Assembly: GCA_040901985.1 (NCBI GenBank)
Contig: JBBDYC010000008.1
Location: 16,490-80,489, forward strand
From: Gemmatimonadaceae bacterium
Lineage (GTDB): Bacteria > Gemmatimonadota > Gemmatimonadetes > Gemmatimonadales > Gemmatimonadaceae
Length of the DNA stretch: 64,000 nt
Reading direction: 5' to 3'
In this document: in pieces, positions 32,084 to 41,798 of the stretch
Layout: every line of letters begins with the position of its first letter
Position numbering within the stretch: the first letter of the stretch is position 1
Program-made: the position numbers and the translations under genes
Notes under the pieces: generated by a model
What the model was told of the DNA's origin: nothing
Databases searched by the model: none
The model's input: only the letters and a program-made list of their open reading frames with translations

Positions 32084-32470
32084 ATGCTCCGACGGACCCT
32101 TGGTCGCTCGTTCGCTTTCGCGGCGGTCCTCGCCGCCGCGCTCGTCACGCCACGCGCCGCCGCTTCACAAGCACTCGCCGCTCCCGCCGCGCCAGAAGTG
32201 GCCGCGCCGGAAGTGGCCGCGCCAGCACCTGGCATCGGCCCCGTTCGCGCCCCGGCCGGCGTGACGCGCTCGGACGATGTCAGCGCGACGGCCACCGCCG
32301 ACGCGCTCAGCTTTCAGAATCGCGGCCCGGGCAACCGCAACGTCCAGTGGATGATCATCGGGGGAGGGCTGCTCCTCGGCGGAGTGATCGTTGGGGATGA
32401 TGTCGGGACGATTCTTGCCGTAGGCGGGTTGGTGATCGGCGGAATCGGACTCTGGCGGTACCTGCAGTAA
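32084..32470 (+). CDS. Hypothetical exported/membrane protein
   Basis: RBS GGGAGG, signal peptide, Gly-rich C-terminal TM pair. Confidence 0.6.
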   Translation: MLRRTLGRSFAFAAVLAAALVTPRAAASQALAAPAAPEVAAPEVAAPAPGIGPVRAPAGVTRSDDVSATATADALSFQNRGPGNRNVQWMIIGGGLLLGGVIVGDDVGTILAVGGLVIGGIGLWRYLQ

Positions 32471-32503
32471 GCAGGCGCGGCCTGGGGCACGGCGACCGGC
32501 CCC

Positions 32504-32532
32504 TTGCGAAACTATATAGGAACTATTATAGT
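32504..32532 (+). promoter_or_regulatory. Sigma70-like promoter with overlapping inverted repeat
   Basis: TTGCGA-N17-TATAGT; ACTATA..TATAGT palindrome. Confidence 0.5.
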
Positions 32533-32571
32533 CTGTATAACAATACATCAAAGATATAAACACGGTACATA

Positions 32572-33168
32572 ATGGACTTCATAGGCCGATTGGAGATCAC
32601 TCGTGCACTCACAATGGTCGGCGAGCTCCTCGCCGCCGAGGGGGAGGAGTTCTCGATCGTGATTCTCGGGGGCGCTGCGCTTAACCTGCTCGGGCTCGTA
32701 TCGCGAACGACGGACGACGTGGACATCGTCGCCTTTGCCGGAGGAGGGGCGGACCGCGCCCGTCTATCTGAACCGCCGACGCCGATGCCTGAGCCGCTCG
32801 TTCGGGCAGCGCGGACGGTGGCTCGGGATCTCGGCTTGGGGGAGGATTGGTTGAACACAGGCCCCGCGCTGCAGTGGCGCACCGGTCTCCCGCCCGGCCT
32901 GGGGACGCGGGTGCAGTGGCAGCAACACGCCGCGCTTTGGGTAGGCATCGTTGCCCGGTACGATCTCCTGTTCTTCAAACTCTTTGCGGCGGCCGATTCG
33001 GCTGGTCCAGCGAGTGTGCACTATAAGGACCTCCTCGCCATGGCGCCCACGGCGTCGGAACTCGCCGCCGCAGGCACCTGGGTCAGGACCCAAGATGCGT
33101 CCGCGCAGTTCGGCACTACCCTCGATCACGTGCTGGCAAGTGTCCGCTCCGACCTTGGCATCACCTAA
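32572..33168 (+). CDS. Nucleotidyltransferase (DUF6036-like)
   Basis: ILGGAAL..RTTDDVDI, WLN, KLFAA, HYKDL. Confidence 0.7.
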   Translation: MDFIGRLEITRALTMVGELLAAEGEEFSIVILGGAALNLLGLVSRTTDDVDIVAFAGGGADRARLSEPPTPMPEPLVRAARTVARDLGLGEDWLNTGPALQWRTGLPPGLGTRVQWQQHAALWVGIVARYDLLFFKLFAAADSAGPASVHYKDLLAMAPTASELAAAGTWVRTQDASAQFGTTLDHVLASVRSDLGIT

Positions 33169-34174
33169 CGCTGCGGCCGAACTGGCCGCGCTCGCCGACG
33201 AGTTGCGCAACGCCGCTCTCGATTTGGTGTGGCGCCAGTGGCGCGCACTCGGTGCGGGGGCTGCGGCGACGGCGGCGGCCCCGTCGGCGGCGCGCGGTGC
33301 GGCGGGACGCGACGCGGGCACCATAGTGGATCCCGAGGCGCTCGTCCTCGTGTCGCTCCAGTTGATGGATCGCGAGCGGCGTCTGGCGGATTTGCTCAGC
33401 GAATGGGCGGCACATCGCGCCGCGCTCCTCAGCGTCCAACGCGTGAAGAATCTTATGCTGGGCCATCCCGAGGAGCTGCTCGATGCGCTGGCGGGCAGAG
33501 TCGGGTGGTTCGCCAGCGTCGCGTACACACGGGGCAAGGATCTCCGCTGGCGCTCGCTCCTCGGCGCCGGGACGGCGGACGCACCGCCACTGCGCGCGCC
33601 GAAGGCGCGCAGCGCGCAGGAGCACTTCACGAGGGCGGCGTCGCTCGTGCTCAGGCTGCGACTTGCGTTCGGCGTCGGCGTGAAGGCAGACGTGCTCGCC
33701 GTCCTGCTCGGGCGTGCGGATGACTGGGCGACGGTCCGCGAGCTCACTGAGGCGACGGCGTACACGCCGGCCGCCGTTCGCCGCGGCGCCGACGATCTCG
33801 CGGCCTCAGGGCTGATCCAATGGCGGGAGAAGCAGCCAGCGGAGTATCGCGTAGTCTACGCGCGTTGGTCGCCGCTGCTCGCGCTCGGCGATCGCCCCCC
33901 GGTCTGGGTGGCGTGGCACCAACAGTTCCGTTTCGTCACGGCGTTCAGCCGGTGGGCGGACGTGACGCGCACGCGCGAGCTCAGTGAGTATGCGTTCGGT
34001 GCACACGGGCGCGACCTGGTGGAGCGGCATCCCGGGGCGTTCGACTGGCCCTCGACGATCGAACCGTCGCTTGCGGCCGCGCCTGAGTCCGGCGCGGATG
34101 CCGTGCGCCGCGCGGTGCGTGCGCTGGTCAGGGGGATGGGTGGCGAGGGCGCCGGCCAGCCCCGCCTCACTTAG
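33155..34174 (+). CDS. Hypothetical protein with wHTH-like segment, putative partner of the nucleotidyltransferase
   Basis: TTG start overlaps upstream gene; WRQWRALG, IVDPEAL, LRLRLAFGVGVKADVL, then HTH-like segment. Confidence 0.55.
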   Translation: MASPNAAAELAALADELRNAALDLVWRQWRALGAGAAATAAAPSAARGAAGRDAGTIVDPEALVLVSLQLMDRERRLADLLSEWAAHRAALLSVQRVKNLMLGHPEELLDALAGRVGWFASVAYTRGKDLRWRSLLGAGTADAPPLRAPKARSAQEHFTRAASLVLRLRLAFGVGVKADVLAVLLGRADDWATVRELTEATAYTPAAVRRGADDLAASGLIQWREKQPAEYRVVYARWSPLLALGDRPPVWVAWHQQFRFVTAFSRWADVTRTRELSEYAFGAHGRDLVERHPGAFDWPSTIEPSLAAAPESGADAVRRAVRALVRGMGGEGAGQPRLT

Positions 34175-34316
34175 CCGTCGGCCGCGACTTCTTCAGGGTG
34201 CGGGCCGCGTCACGCAGGCGCTCGACCACTTGGAGCTTTTCCGAAATCGGCCGCTTGGCATTGATCGCGCGCTGTACGCGTTTCGCGTGTAGCGTCCGTT
34301 CCAATGACTTCTTCAT
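34167..34316 (-). CDS. 49-aa basic protein (not in ORF track)
   Basis: ATGA overlap with upstream stop; MKKSLERTLHAKRVQRAINAKRPISEKLQVVERLRDAARTLKKSRPTAK. Confidence 0.55.
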   Translation of the reverse strand: MKKSLERTLHAKRVQRAINAKRPISEKLQVVERLRDAARTLKKSRPTAK

Positions 34317-34837
34317 TCGGTCTCCTCGAGCATCGCCAAGAATCGTGTCCAGTTCCGCTCAAGCTTGAACTTCGCAACAACTGACTCGAAGCGCGAGCGG
34401 TCAAAGCCATCCGAGGCGAGAAAGATCTCCAGCCGAAGGCGGTCCTTTGGGCGGAACGTCTCCAAGGCGATGGCGGCAAGGTGTTCCGCGGAGAATACGG
34501 GAACTGGCAGGCCGTCAACATTCTTTGGAACCGCCGTCGCCAAGGTCTCCTCAACCAGGAGTGTCGGTGCCACGAACAGCTGCACCTCCTATCCGTGAAT
34601 CACGAGGTGCTCTCCCTCGATCGTCGCGCCGCGACGTTTGAAAAATTCGAGAACGGGTGCCAGCGAGATGAGCGCCGAGTTGGGGGCCGGTGCAGCGGCG
34701 ATGAATACGTCAACATCTTCAGTCGCGCTCGGCTCGATGTAGAAGGTGGCGCCAATGGCACCGCCGATCGCGTAGCGGCGCACGATGCCTGCCTGTTGGG
34801 CGGCGGCGAACTCGCGGAAGACGTCAATGATGGCCAT
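34313..34837 (-). pseudogene. Nucleotidyltransferase interrupted by in-frame TAG at 34589-34591
   Basis: YAIGGAIGA..TEDVDVF then IHG*EVQLF continuing in the same frame to RPKD. Confidence 0.7.
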
Positions 34838-34856
34838 TTCAGGTAACGTACACCGA

Positions 34857-35420
34857 ATGATTGCACAGCGTCTGTCTGACCCTGCGCTTGACCGGCTCTT
34901 CCGTGCCCTCGCCGACTCCACCCGGCGCGACATCGTCGCGCGGTTGCTCAGCGGCCAGTCGGCGTCCGTCTCGGCACTCGCCTCGCGGTACAAGATGTCA
35001 TTCGCCGCCGTGCAGAAGCACGTCGCCGCGCTGGAGGAGGCTGCTGAGTGGCCCGCGACGTTCACGCGGCACGATGTGGCTGTCGGTGGCGAGTCGCACT
35101 ACGTAATGAAGGGGCCCGACGGCGCTCAATCGCGCGGCTGGTTCACGTTCTTCGCCGGCGAACCGCTCAAGCGATTGGAGATGCAAGATGGTTTTGCCGA
35201 CGACACCGGCAAGCCGAATCCCAAGCTGCCCACCATACGGATGGTCTTTGAGTTTGAGGCGACGACGAAAGGCTCACGCTTCAAGTCCACGACGTTCTTC
35301 CCGGACATCGAGGCAATGGAGACCGTGCTGAAGATGGGGATGGAGGAGGGGCTCAAGTCGGCGATGGGGCAGATTGACGCTGTGCTCGCCGACCTCGCGA
35401 GCTTCGCCGCCGGCCGCGCT
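34857..35420 (+). pseudogene. ArsR HTH / SRPBCC in-frame deletion fusion
   Basis: LFRALADSTRRDI..AVQKHVAALEEA joined directly to WPATFTRHD..DGFAD..GMEEG; overlaps convergent Fic gene end. Confidence 0.6.
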
Positions 35421-36783
35421 AGGCCAAGGCGCCAACAGCGGAAAGTCGCGAACGCAGGTTTTGGGCAGGCCGGTAGACGAGGAGCCGCCCACTCTTTCCC
35501 TGCGAAAGAAGTTTCATCTGCGCGAGCTTGAGAAGATCCGTTCGTGCGGTTTCATAGGTGACGCCGTGAGAAATGCGGTGAGACTCCACGGTATACCTCG
35601 CATTCGACGTGTGCAGGGCGTGCCGGATCAGTGCAAGCTGTCGCACGTTCAACTCCTGGCGCACACTGCGTGCGGCAAGTACCAAGAGCTCCGTCTCGCG
35701 CATCTTCCGTGACCGGTCTGCGAGGAATGCGTGCAGGTCGTCGATCGCGCGGCAGAGGACCCGCAACTGATAGAGCACGAAGTACGTGGCGTCGTTTTCG
35801 TCACTTTCTGTATATAGAAAGGAGCGCAAGTATTGACCGCGCGCCTTCTTCAGGATGCGGGAGATCGAGACAAACTCGCAGAGCCAATATCCATATCGCG
35901 CCATCGCCCAATAGAAGAGCGCTCGTGCCGTCCGGCCGTTGCCGTCGACGAACGGATGGTCGTACGCCAACCAGAAATGCAGGACGATCGCGCGGACAGC
36001 CGGCGGCAGGAACTCAGCGTCGTCAACCGCATTGGCAAAGGCGCAGAGACGCTCAAGGCGTTCCGGAAGTTCGGCAGCGTCGGGCGGCGTATGCAGGATG
36101 CGACCAGTGTCGTCCTCCACCACGATCTCGTCGTCGGCGCGACGGAGTCGCCCCACTGCATCGGGCTCGTCGAGCGTTCCATCAGTGAGGCGAGCCTGGA
36201 GCTCGAGGATCAATGCAGGTGTGAGGGGTTCGTCTTTTTTCTCAAGCAGGAAGCGCATCGCGAGGTAGTTGTTGAGAATCATCTTCTCGCTACGATCGCG
36301 TGGATCGCGTCCCTCTTGGATCATCGCCTTCGCCACACGGCGCGTCGTCGAAGCCCCTTCGAGCTGGCTTGATGTGATCGCCTCCTCAACCAGCGACTTG
36401 AAGAGGTAGGTGTCGCGCGTGCTCGGATCCGTTACCTGCTCGGGGCCTTGGATGGAGCCGGAGGCGAATCGATCGATCCGATGGAGGTAGCTCAGCGCCG
36501 GATTTGGGAGTGCGATCTGAAACGGTGTCCCGCCCGTGTCGTTCAACGGCAGCGGGCGATAGAGCGCGCGGCGCGCGATCTTGACCATCATCCACTGCGC
36601 TTCTGCGGAATACTCCGCGAGTGGCGCGGCGTGGCGGAACGTGTCCCAGTGGCGGTATTTACCGGCCGGTGCTGGGCCCAGCGAGTGCGCGGCCAGGGCA
36701 GCAAGACGGGCCGCCCCGCTCTCCGATGCGAATTCGCGGATGAAGAGCGTACTGAGCGGCGGAGGCGAGACGGGTAGTTTCAC
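35419..36783 (-). CDS. Fic family protein
   Basis: ITSSQLEGA, HPFVDGNGRTAR, C-terminal wHTH-like (YETARTDL); GTG 36783. Confidence 0.88.
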   Translation of the reverse strand: MKLPVSPPPLSTLFIREFASESGAARLAALAAHSLGPAPAGKYRHWDTFRHAAPLAEYSAEAQWMMVKIARRALYRPLPLNDTGGTPFQIALPNPALSYLHRIDRFASGSIQGPEQVTDPSTRDTYLFKSLVEEAITSSQLEGASTTRRVAKAMIQEGRDPRDRSEKMILNNYLAMRFLLEKKDEPLTPALILELQARLTDGTLDEPDAVGRLRRADDEIVVEDDTGRILHTPPDAAELPERLERLCAFANAVDDAEFLPPAVRAIVLHFWLAYDHPFVDGNGRTARALFYWAMARYGYWLCEFVSISRILKKARGQYLRSFLYTESDENDATYFVLYQLRVLCRAIDDLHAFLADRSRKMRETELLVLAARSVRQELNVRQLALIRHALHTSNARYTVESHRISHGVTYETARTDLLKLAQMKLLSQGKSGRLLVYRPAQNLRSRLSAVGALA

Positions 36784-36973
36784 AAATACTAATGGAGGTA
36801 GTATTAGTATTAAGGTGCGCGTTCCTGCTGTCAAGTACTAATTCTGTTTCTATTGGTATTTCATTGGTAATTAACATAAGACATTATGAAGCAACAACTT
36901 CAGCGCAAAACAAGCGCTGCAGATGCCAGAAGGCTTGCGGTACTCATTGTATTGAGTAAATTAACTCAATACA

Positions 36974-38188
36974 ATGGGTACGCAAATGATACCGCAATTC
37001 CGACGCCCTCAGGCGGCCGTCCTCTCCGGTAGGCTGGCCGAACCTCGCCGGTTCATCCAGGCCGTCACCGGTCCGCGACAGGTTGGGAAGACGACGCTCG
37101 TCCAGCAAGTGGTGGAGTCGCGGGCAGTGCCATACCACTTCGTGAGCGCGGACGAGCCCACGCTCCGCGATGCGGCGTGGCTCGCCACGCAGTGGGAGCG
37201 CGCGCGGGTATTGGCGTCGTCGTCGGGTGAGATCGGTGCCGTCCTCGTGCTCGACGAGGTGCAGAAGCTCGGGCAGTGGTCCGAGAGCGTGAAGCGGTTG
37301 TGGGATGAGGACACGCGCCGGCGTGTTCCATTGCGCGTGGTCGTCCTCGGTTCCGCGCCGCTCCTCGTGCAGCGGGGGCTCTCCGAGAGCCTCGCGGGAC
37401 GGTTCGAGCGCCTGCACCTCCCGCACTGGTCGTTCAGCGAAATGCGCGAGGCGTTCGGATTCACGCTCGACGAGTACCTCTACTTTGGCGGGTATCCAGG
37501 CGGCGCCGAGTTACGGCACGATCCCGCGCGCTGGCGTAAGTACATTCTCGACTCGCTGATTGAGACGTCAATCTCGCGTGACGTGCTCTTGCTGACGCGC
37601 GTGGACAAGCCGGCGCTGCTGCGCCGGTTGTTCGACCTGGGGTGCTCGTACTCCGGGCAGATACTCGCGTACACCAAGATGCTCGGGCAACTGCACGACG
37701 CGGGCAACACCACCACGCTTGCGCACTACCTGGACTTGCTGAGTGGCGCCGGAATGCTGACGGGGCTGCAGAAGCATTCTGGTCGCGCGGTACGGCAGCG
37801 GGGGTCGAGTCCCAAGCTACAGGTGTTCAACACGGCGTTGATGACGGCAATCTCGGGCCGCGACGCCGCGGAATGGCGCGCCGACCCCGAGTCGTACGGG
37901 CGTCTGGTGGAGTCGGCGGTCGGCGCGCATCTCGTGAACGCCGCGTCGGCGGGCGAGTGCGAGGTGCGGTATTGGCGCGAGCAGGACCGCGAGGTGGATT
38001 TTGTGGTGAGTGGGCGGGGGAAGCTGGTCGGAATCGAGGTGAAGAGTGGTCGGAAGCGAGAGAGCGTCAGTGGGCTGCGTGCGTTTGGGGAGGCGTTCGG
38101 GACCAGGCGGTTGTTGAGTGTGGGCGGGGAGGGGATGCCGGTGGAGGCGCTTCTGGAGCGATCGGTGGAGGGGTGGGTGTTGGCGTGA
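36974..38188 (+). CDS. AAA_14 ATPase with DUF4143
   Basis: GPRQVGKTT, LDEVQK, ESLAGR, GGYP, EVDFV, IEVKSG. Confidence 0.88.
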   Translation: MGTQMIPQFRRPQAAVLSGRLAEPRRFIQAVTGPRQVGKTTLVQQVVESRAVPYHFVSADEPTLRDAAWLATQWERARVLASSSGEIGAVLVLDEVQKLGQWSESVKRLWDEDTRRRVPLRVVVLGSAPLLVQRGLSESLAGRFERLHLPHWSFSEMREAFGFTLDEYLYFGGYPGGAELRHDPARWRKYILDSLIETSISRDVLLLTRVDKPALLRRLFDLGCSYSGQILAYTKMLGQLHDAGNTTTLAHYLDLLSGAGMLTGLQKHSGRAVRQRGSSPKLQVFNTALMTAISGRDAAEWRADPESYGRLVESAVGAHLVNAASAGECEVRYWREQDREVDFVVSGRGKLVGIEVKSGRKRESVSGLRAFGEAFGTRRLLSVGGEGMPVEALLERSVEGWVLA

Positions 38189-38237
38189 GGCGGGACTCCA
38201 CGCGTAGTGGGCCGCTTGCGGGTGCAAGGATTCGATG

Positions 38238-38266
38238 TTGACAGTTTGACGCTCGCCGCCTATCAT
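38238..38266 (+). promoter_or_regulatory. Near-consensus sigma70 promoter
   Basis: TTGACA-N17-TATCAT. Confidence 0.75.
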
Positions 38267-38272
38267 CCCTGT

Positions 38273-38335
38273 GGTACATCCCCCCTGTCGCTACGGCGCA
38301 GGGCGCGAGGCCGCCGAAAGGCGGCCTTTGCTTTT
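38273..38335 (+). ncRNA. Putative ~63-nt two-hairpin RNA/leader ending in a terminator
   Basis: CCCTG.CGC-TACG-GCG.CAGGG and AGGCCGCC-GAAA-GGCGGCCT-TTGCTTTT between promoter and NYN ATG. Confidence 0.5.
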
Positions 38336-38349
38336 CTGCCAAGTTTTCT

Positions 38350-38900
38350 ATGGCGCGTACTTACATCTATGTCGACGGGTTCAACCTGTACTACGGCGCG
38401 CTTCGAAAGACGGCGCACCGTTGGCTGAACCTCGAGCAGCTGTGCCGATTGATGCTGCCGACAAATGACGTTCAGCGAATCAACTATTACACCGCTAAGA
38501 TCGGCGCTCGAATTGGCGATCCCGGTCAGCCGATCCGACAGCAGATCTACTTCCGGGCCTTGGCAACACTTCCAAGCGTTCGCGTCCACCTCGGCCACTA
38601 TCTGAGCCACGCGGTATGGATGCCACTGGAGAATCCACCGACAGGGGCGTCGAGGTTTGCCCGCGTCATCAAGACGGAAGAAAAGGGATCAGACGTGAAC
38701 CTCGCCACGCACTTGGTGAGTGACGCCTATGAGGATGCGTTTGATGTTGCCGTGCTCATCCCCACAAGCATCCCGCCGCCGCCTTGAGCAAGGTCGCGAC
38801 GTTCATCAAGACCCTCAGGTCGGGTGTCTTGCGTGCGAGTCAGTTTCCCGATGTTCTCACCGATTCACGAGGGTCCTTCTCGAAGCCAGCTGCGTGGTAG
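38350..38900 (+). pseudogene. NYN domain RNase, frameshifted near 38760
   Basis: YVDGFNLYYG, EEKGSDVNLA; expected S(N/G)DSD motif absent; C-terminus HKHP..SQFPDVLTD..KPAAW* in another frame. Confidence 0.75.
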
Positions 38901-39992
38901 CGAGAGAGGTGCGGGCGCCGCCACCGAAGGCGGCGCCGTCAGAATCTCCATCAGGCGAACATTGATGTAGTACGTGGCTCGGCCAACCTTCCGCTTCTCG
39001 AGAATGCCGGCAGCGGTGAGCGTTTCGAGATACTTGGCCGCCGTGACGTGCGACTTCTCCAAGTCCTCCATCACAAACCGCACCTTCGTGTACGGGTGCG
39101 TGAAGAGATTGTTGATGAGGTCCTGCGAGTAGATCTTCGGAAACTCGTTGCGCACGCGGTGCTTCACCTCGAGCTGCGCCGCGAGGATGCTGGCGATCTT
39201 TGCGATTCCCTCACGCGCGCTCTCGGCCACCGCGTCGAGTACATAGAGGATCCAATCCTCCCACACCCCGCGATCTCGCACGGCCTGCAAGAGCTCGTAG
39301 TACCGCGGCTTGCTGCGCACGATCGGGCCGCTCAAGTAGAGCACCGGCAGGTCGAGCAGGCCTTCCTTGAGCAGATACAGCACGTTCAGGATGCGGCCCG
39401 TACGGCCGTTGCCATCGTAGAACGGATGGATGCTCTCGAAGTGGTGATGGATGACGGCCATTCGCACCAGTGGGTCCGGTCCATCGCCCGTCGCGGCATT
39501 CAGCTCTGCTTCCAAGGTTCCCATCAGCGCAACGATTTCGCGCGCGTCCTGTGGCGGCGTGTAGACCACGCGGCCGGCATTGTCCTTGAGCGTCGTGCCA
39601 GGCGTCGTGCGGAAGCCGGGCTTGTTGGGTTCCAGCGTGGACTGGATCTTCAGGATGTGGTTGTTCGTAATCAGTCCGTGCTTTCCCACCAGCTCCCAAC
39701 CCACCTGAACGGCCTCGCGATATCGGAGCACCTCCTTTGCTGCTGGATTCTCCGACCCGTCGGCCCCCGATAGGCGCCGAAAGAGCTCATCGTGCGTGGT
39801 GACGATGTTCTCGATGGCCGAGGAATCCTTGGCTTCTTGGAGTGCCAGCGTGTTGATCAGAATGCGCTTCTTCTGGTCGGAGACGGCCGCAACCACTCCC
39901 TTGAACTCCGCCAGGTACCGCGACGCCTCAGTGACCCGCCGGATTATCCGGGGGGTCTCAAGGGCTTCTCGGGGTACAGAGGCGATATTCAC
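38865..39992 (-). CDS. Fic family protein (Fic_N + Fic + wHTH)
   Basis: EAKDSSAIENI, HPFYDGNGRTGR. Confidence 0.9.
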   Translation of the reverse strand: MNIASVPREALETPRIIRRVTEASRYLAEFKGVVAAVSDQKKRILINTLALQEAKDSSAIENIVTTHDELFRRLSGADGSENPAAKEVLRYREAVQVGWELVGKHGLITNNHILKIQSTLEPNKPGFRTTPGTTLKDNAGRVVYTPPQDAREIVALMGTLEAELNAATGDGPDPLVRMAVIHHHFESIHPFYDGNGRTGRILNVLYLLKEGLLDLPVLYLSGPIVRSKPRYYELLQAVRDRGVWEDWILYVLDAVAESAREGIAKIASILAAQLEVKHRVRNEFPKIYSQDLINNLFTHPYTKVRFVMEDLEKSHVTAAKYLETLTAAGILEKRKVGRATYYINVRLMEILTAPPSVAAPAPLSLPRSWLREGPS

Positions 39993-40087
39993 GAAAGATT
40001 TTTGTGTTTTCTATAGTTAATGTAATAATACATAAAGAAAAGCGCAATATCTATTCGTATTTTCCGAATACATAAAGCGCCCGGCGC

Positions 40088-41443
40088 TCAGGTAAACCGC
40101 CTAAACGTCCCCTCAATCTCAGCAATCTGAGCCTTCGCCAGCCCCGCCTCCGTGGCCGCGGCCGGCCACAGCGCGAGCGAGGCATCCACCGCCTCGATGA
40201 TCAGCGCTCCGTTCTTCCTGACGTCAAACTCCCGACCTACTGCGAGCAGATCCTCGCGCGTAAACTCGTCGTCCTTCCCCCTCACCGTCATCTGGTGCGT
40301 ACGCGCCCAGCGCCCGCCCACCGCGTACGTCAGGTCGAACGCCGGCGCGAGTTGCCACGTTCCGTTCGGCTGCATCAGGAAGGCGAAGTTCTTCACGTGG
40401 TCGTCCTGATTGCGCGCGGCGAGGTTGAAGACCATTCGCCGAAACGCTTCATCCACCGCGAGCTGCCCCATCCCGAGCAGGCGCACGGTGCGAAAGTACG
40501 ACTCATACGAGTACATACCGCGGATGTTGTAGTCGAGGTGGTGCAGGCCGCCGAGGCTGTGCATATGCAGGCGAGTGGTCGCGCCGCCATTCTTTTCCTT
40601 TTTGCCGGACGGAACGCGATCGAACCGGCGCGTCATAAAGTGGGCGAACTTCCGCTCGCGTAGCAGATGCGTCGCGGCCATCTCGATCCCCGCGGCGCGG
40701 GCCATCACCGAGTAGGCGTACTCGATGCGGCACCAGGGGCCCGCTTTGAACTCCGCCTGCAACGCGTGTCCGCCGCCGCCGCCCGAGACGCCGTCGAACT
40801 TGATCATCCACGACTCGTCGCCCGGCTCGCTCGGTGCGAACGCCGACTTCACGCGATTGCCGGCGCGGTACCACAGGATGAGCGCCTTTGCGCGCGCCCC
40901 GCCGGGCGATGCGCCCGCCTGCATCATCGCCGGAATGGCCGGAATGTCGGAAGACACGTCGGGGTCGCCGGCGATGACCCGACGCGCTTCCTCTACAAGG
41001 CGCGCGACCTCAAGGGCCTCGCCCACCGCGGCTGCATCTTTACCTTTACCGAAAGACTCCATTGCCGGAGCGAACTCGAGCGCACCCATCGCGCGACTTC
41101 CGATATAGAGGAGCTTCTGTACGGGAGAAAACGCTGCGGCCGGCGTGCCGTGCTGCTCGAAGTAGCGCCGGATGATCGCGTTGCCGAAGGCATCGGGCAG
41201 GGCATCCGCGAGCACGCCGGGCAGGCCGGCAAATGACTCGATGCGCGAGAGCTCGGGGAACGTGACGGGCCCCTTGAGCGAGAGGGGAAGGTGGACTGGG
41301 GAGATCTCGAGGCCGGAGCGCGCAAACGCGGCGTCATACTCGAAGATGATCCGACCGTCGGATTGCTCGGCGACGGCGCCGACCTGTTGGCCCCAGAGAT
41401 TGATGCGGGCGACGATGTCTTTGCCTTTTTCTCTCTCAGGCAT
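40088..41443 (-). CDS. hipA: HipA family Ser/Thr kinase toxin
   Basis: DALPDAFG, GGARAKA, IKFD, RRFDR, NQDDHVKNF, LAPAFD. Confidence 0.9.
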   Translation of the reverse strand: MPEREKGKDIVARINLWGQQVGAVAEQSDGRIIFEYDAAFARSGLEISPVHLPLSLKGPVTFPELSRIESFAGLPGVLADALPDAFGNAIIRRYFEQHGTPAAAFSPVQKLLYIGSRAMGALEFAPAMESFGKGKDAAAVGEALEVARLVEEARRVIAGDPDVSSDIPAIPAMMQAGASPGGARAKALILWYRAGNRVKSAFAPSEPGDESWMIKFDGVSGGGGGHALQAEFKAGPWCRIEYAYSVMARAAGIEMAATHLLRERKFAHFMTRRFDRVPSGKKEKNGGATTRLHMHSLGGLHHLDYNIRGMYSYESYFRTVRLLGMGQLAVDEAFRRMVFNLAARNQDDHVKNFAFLMQPNGTWQLAPAFDLTYAVGGRWARTHQMTVRGKDDEFTREDLLAVGREFDVRKNGALIIEAVDASLALWPAAATEAGLAKAQIAEIEGTFRRFT

Positions 41444-41798
41444 TGGGATCCTTCTTATTCATCTTTCGCCGACGGACGGTACCGGCGCGCTGTCGTTGCT
41501 TGCCACTCAACTCGGCCAGCTCGAGTGGGGAGATCAGTGGCGCGGGGAGGAACGCGTCGAGGGCTTCGACGCGGCCGAGTGCGCGAAGGATGCGCACGAG
41601 TGTGTCGAGCGTGGGGTTCCTGCCGTGCTCGGCGCTTTCGATGGCGAAGCGGGAGAGGCCTGAGCGACTGGCGATCTCGGCGACGGTTCGGTTTTGTTGG
41701 AGGCGGTAGCGGCGGATGCGGTGGCCGAGTTCGGAGAGGATTTCGGTGGTGGTGGCGGTTGCGGAGATGTGGTGGGGTGGGGTGTCTTTGGTTGGCAT
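41436..41798 (-). CDS. XRE HTH antitoxin (HipB-like)
   Basis: LGHRIRRYRL..IASRSGLS..AEHG; overlaps hipA start. Confidence 0.8.
   Translation of the reverse strand: MPTKDTPPHHISATATTTEILSELGHRIRRYRLQQNRTVAEIASRSGLSRFAIESAEHGRNPTLDTLVRILRALGRVEALDAFLPAPLISPLELAELSGKQRQRAGTVRRRKMNKKDPNA

Noticed and set aside
32184..32225. 15-bp tandem repeat (APEVA x2)
   Set aside because: Ordinary low-complexity linker in an exported protein
34589..34591. Genome-wide amber recoding
   Set aside because: TAG ends clearly complete genes elsewhere (pruA, sufD, SWIB gene)
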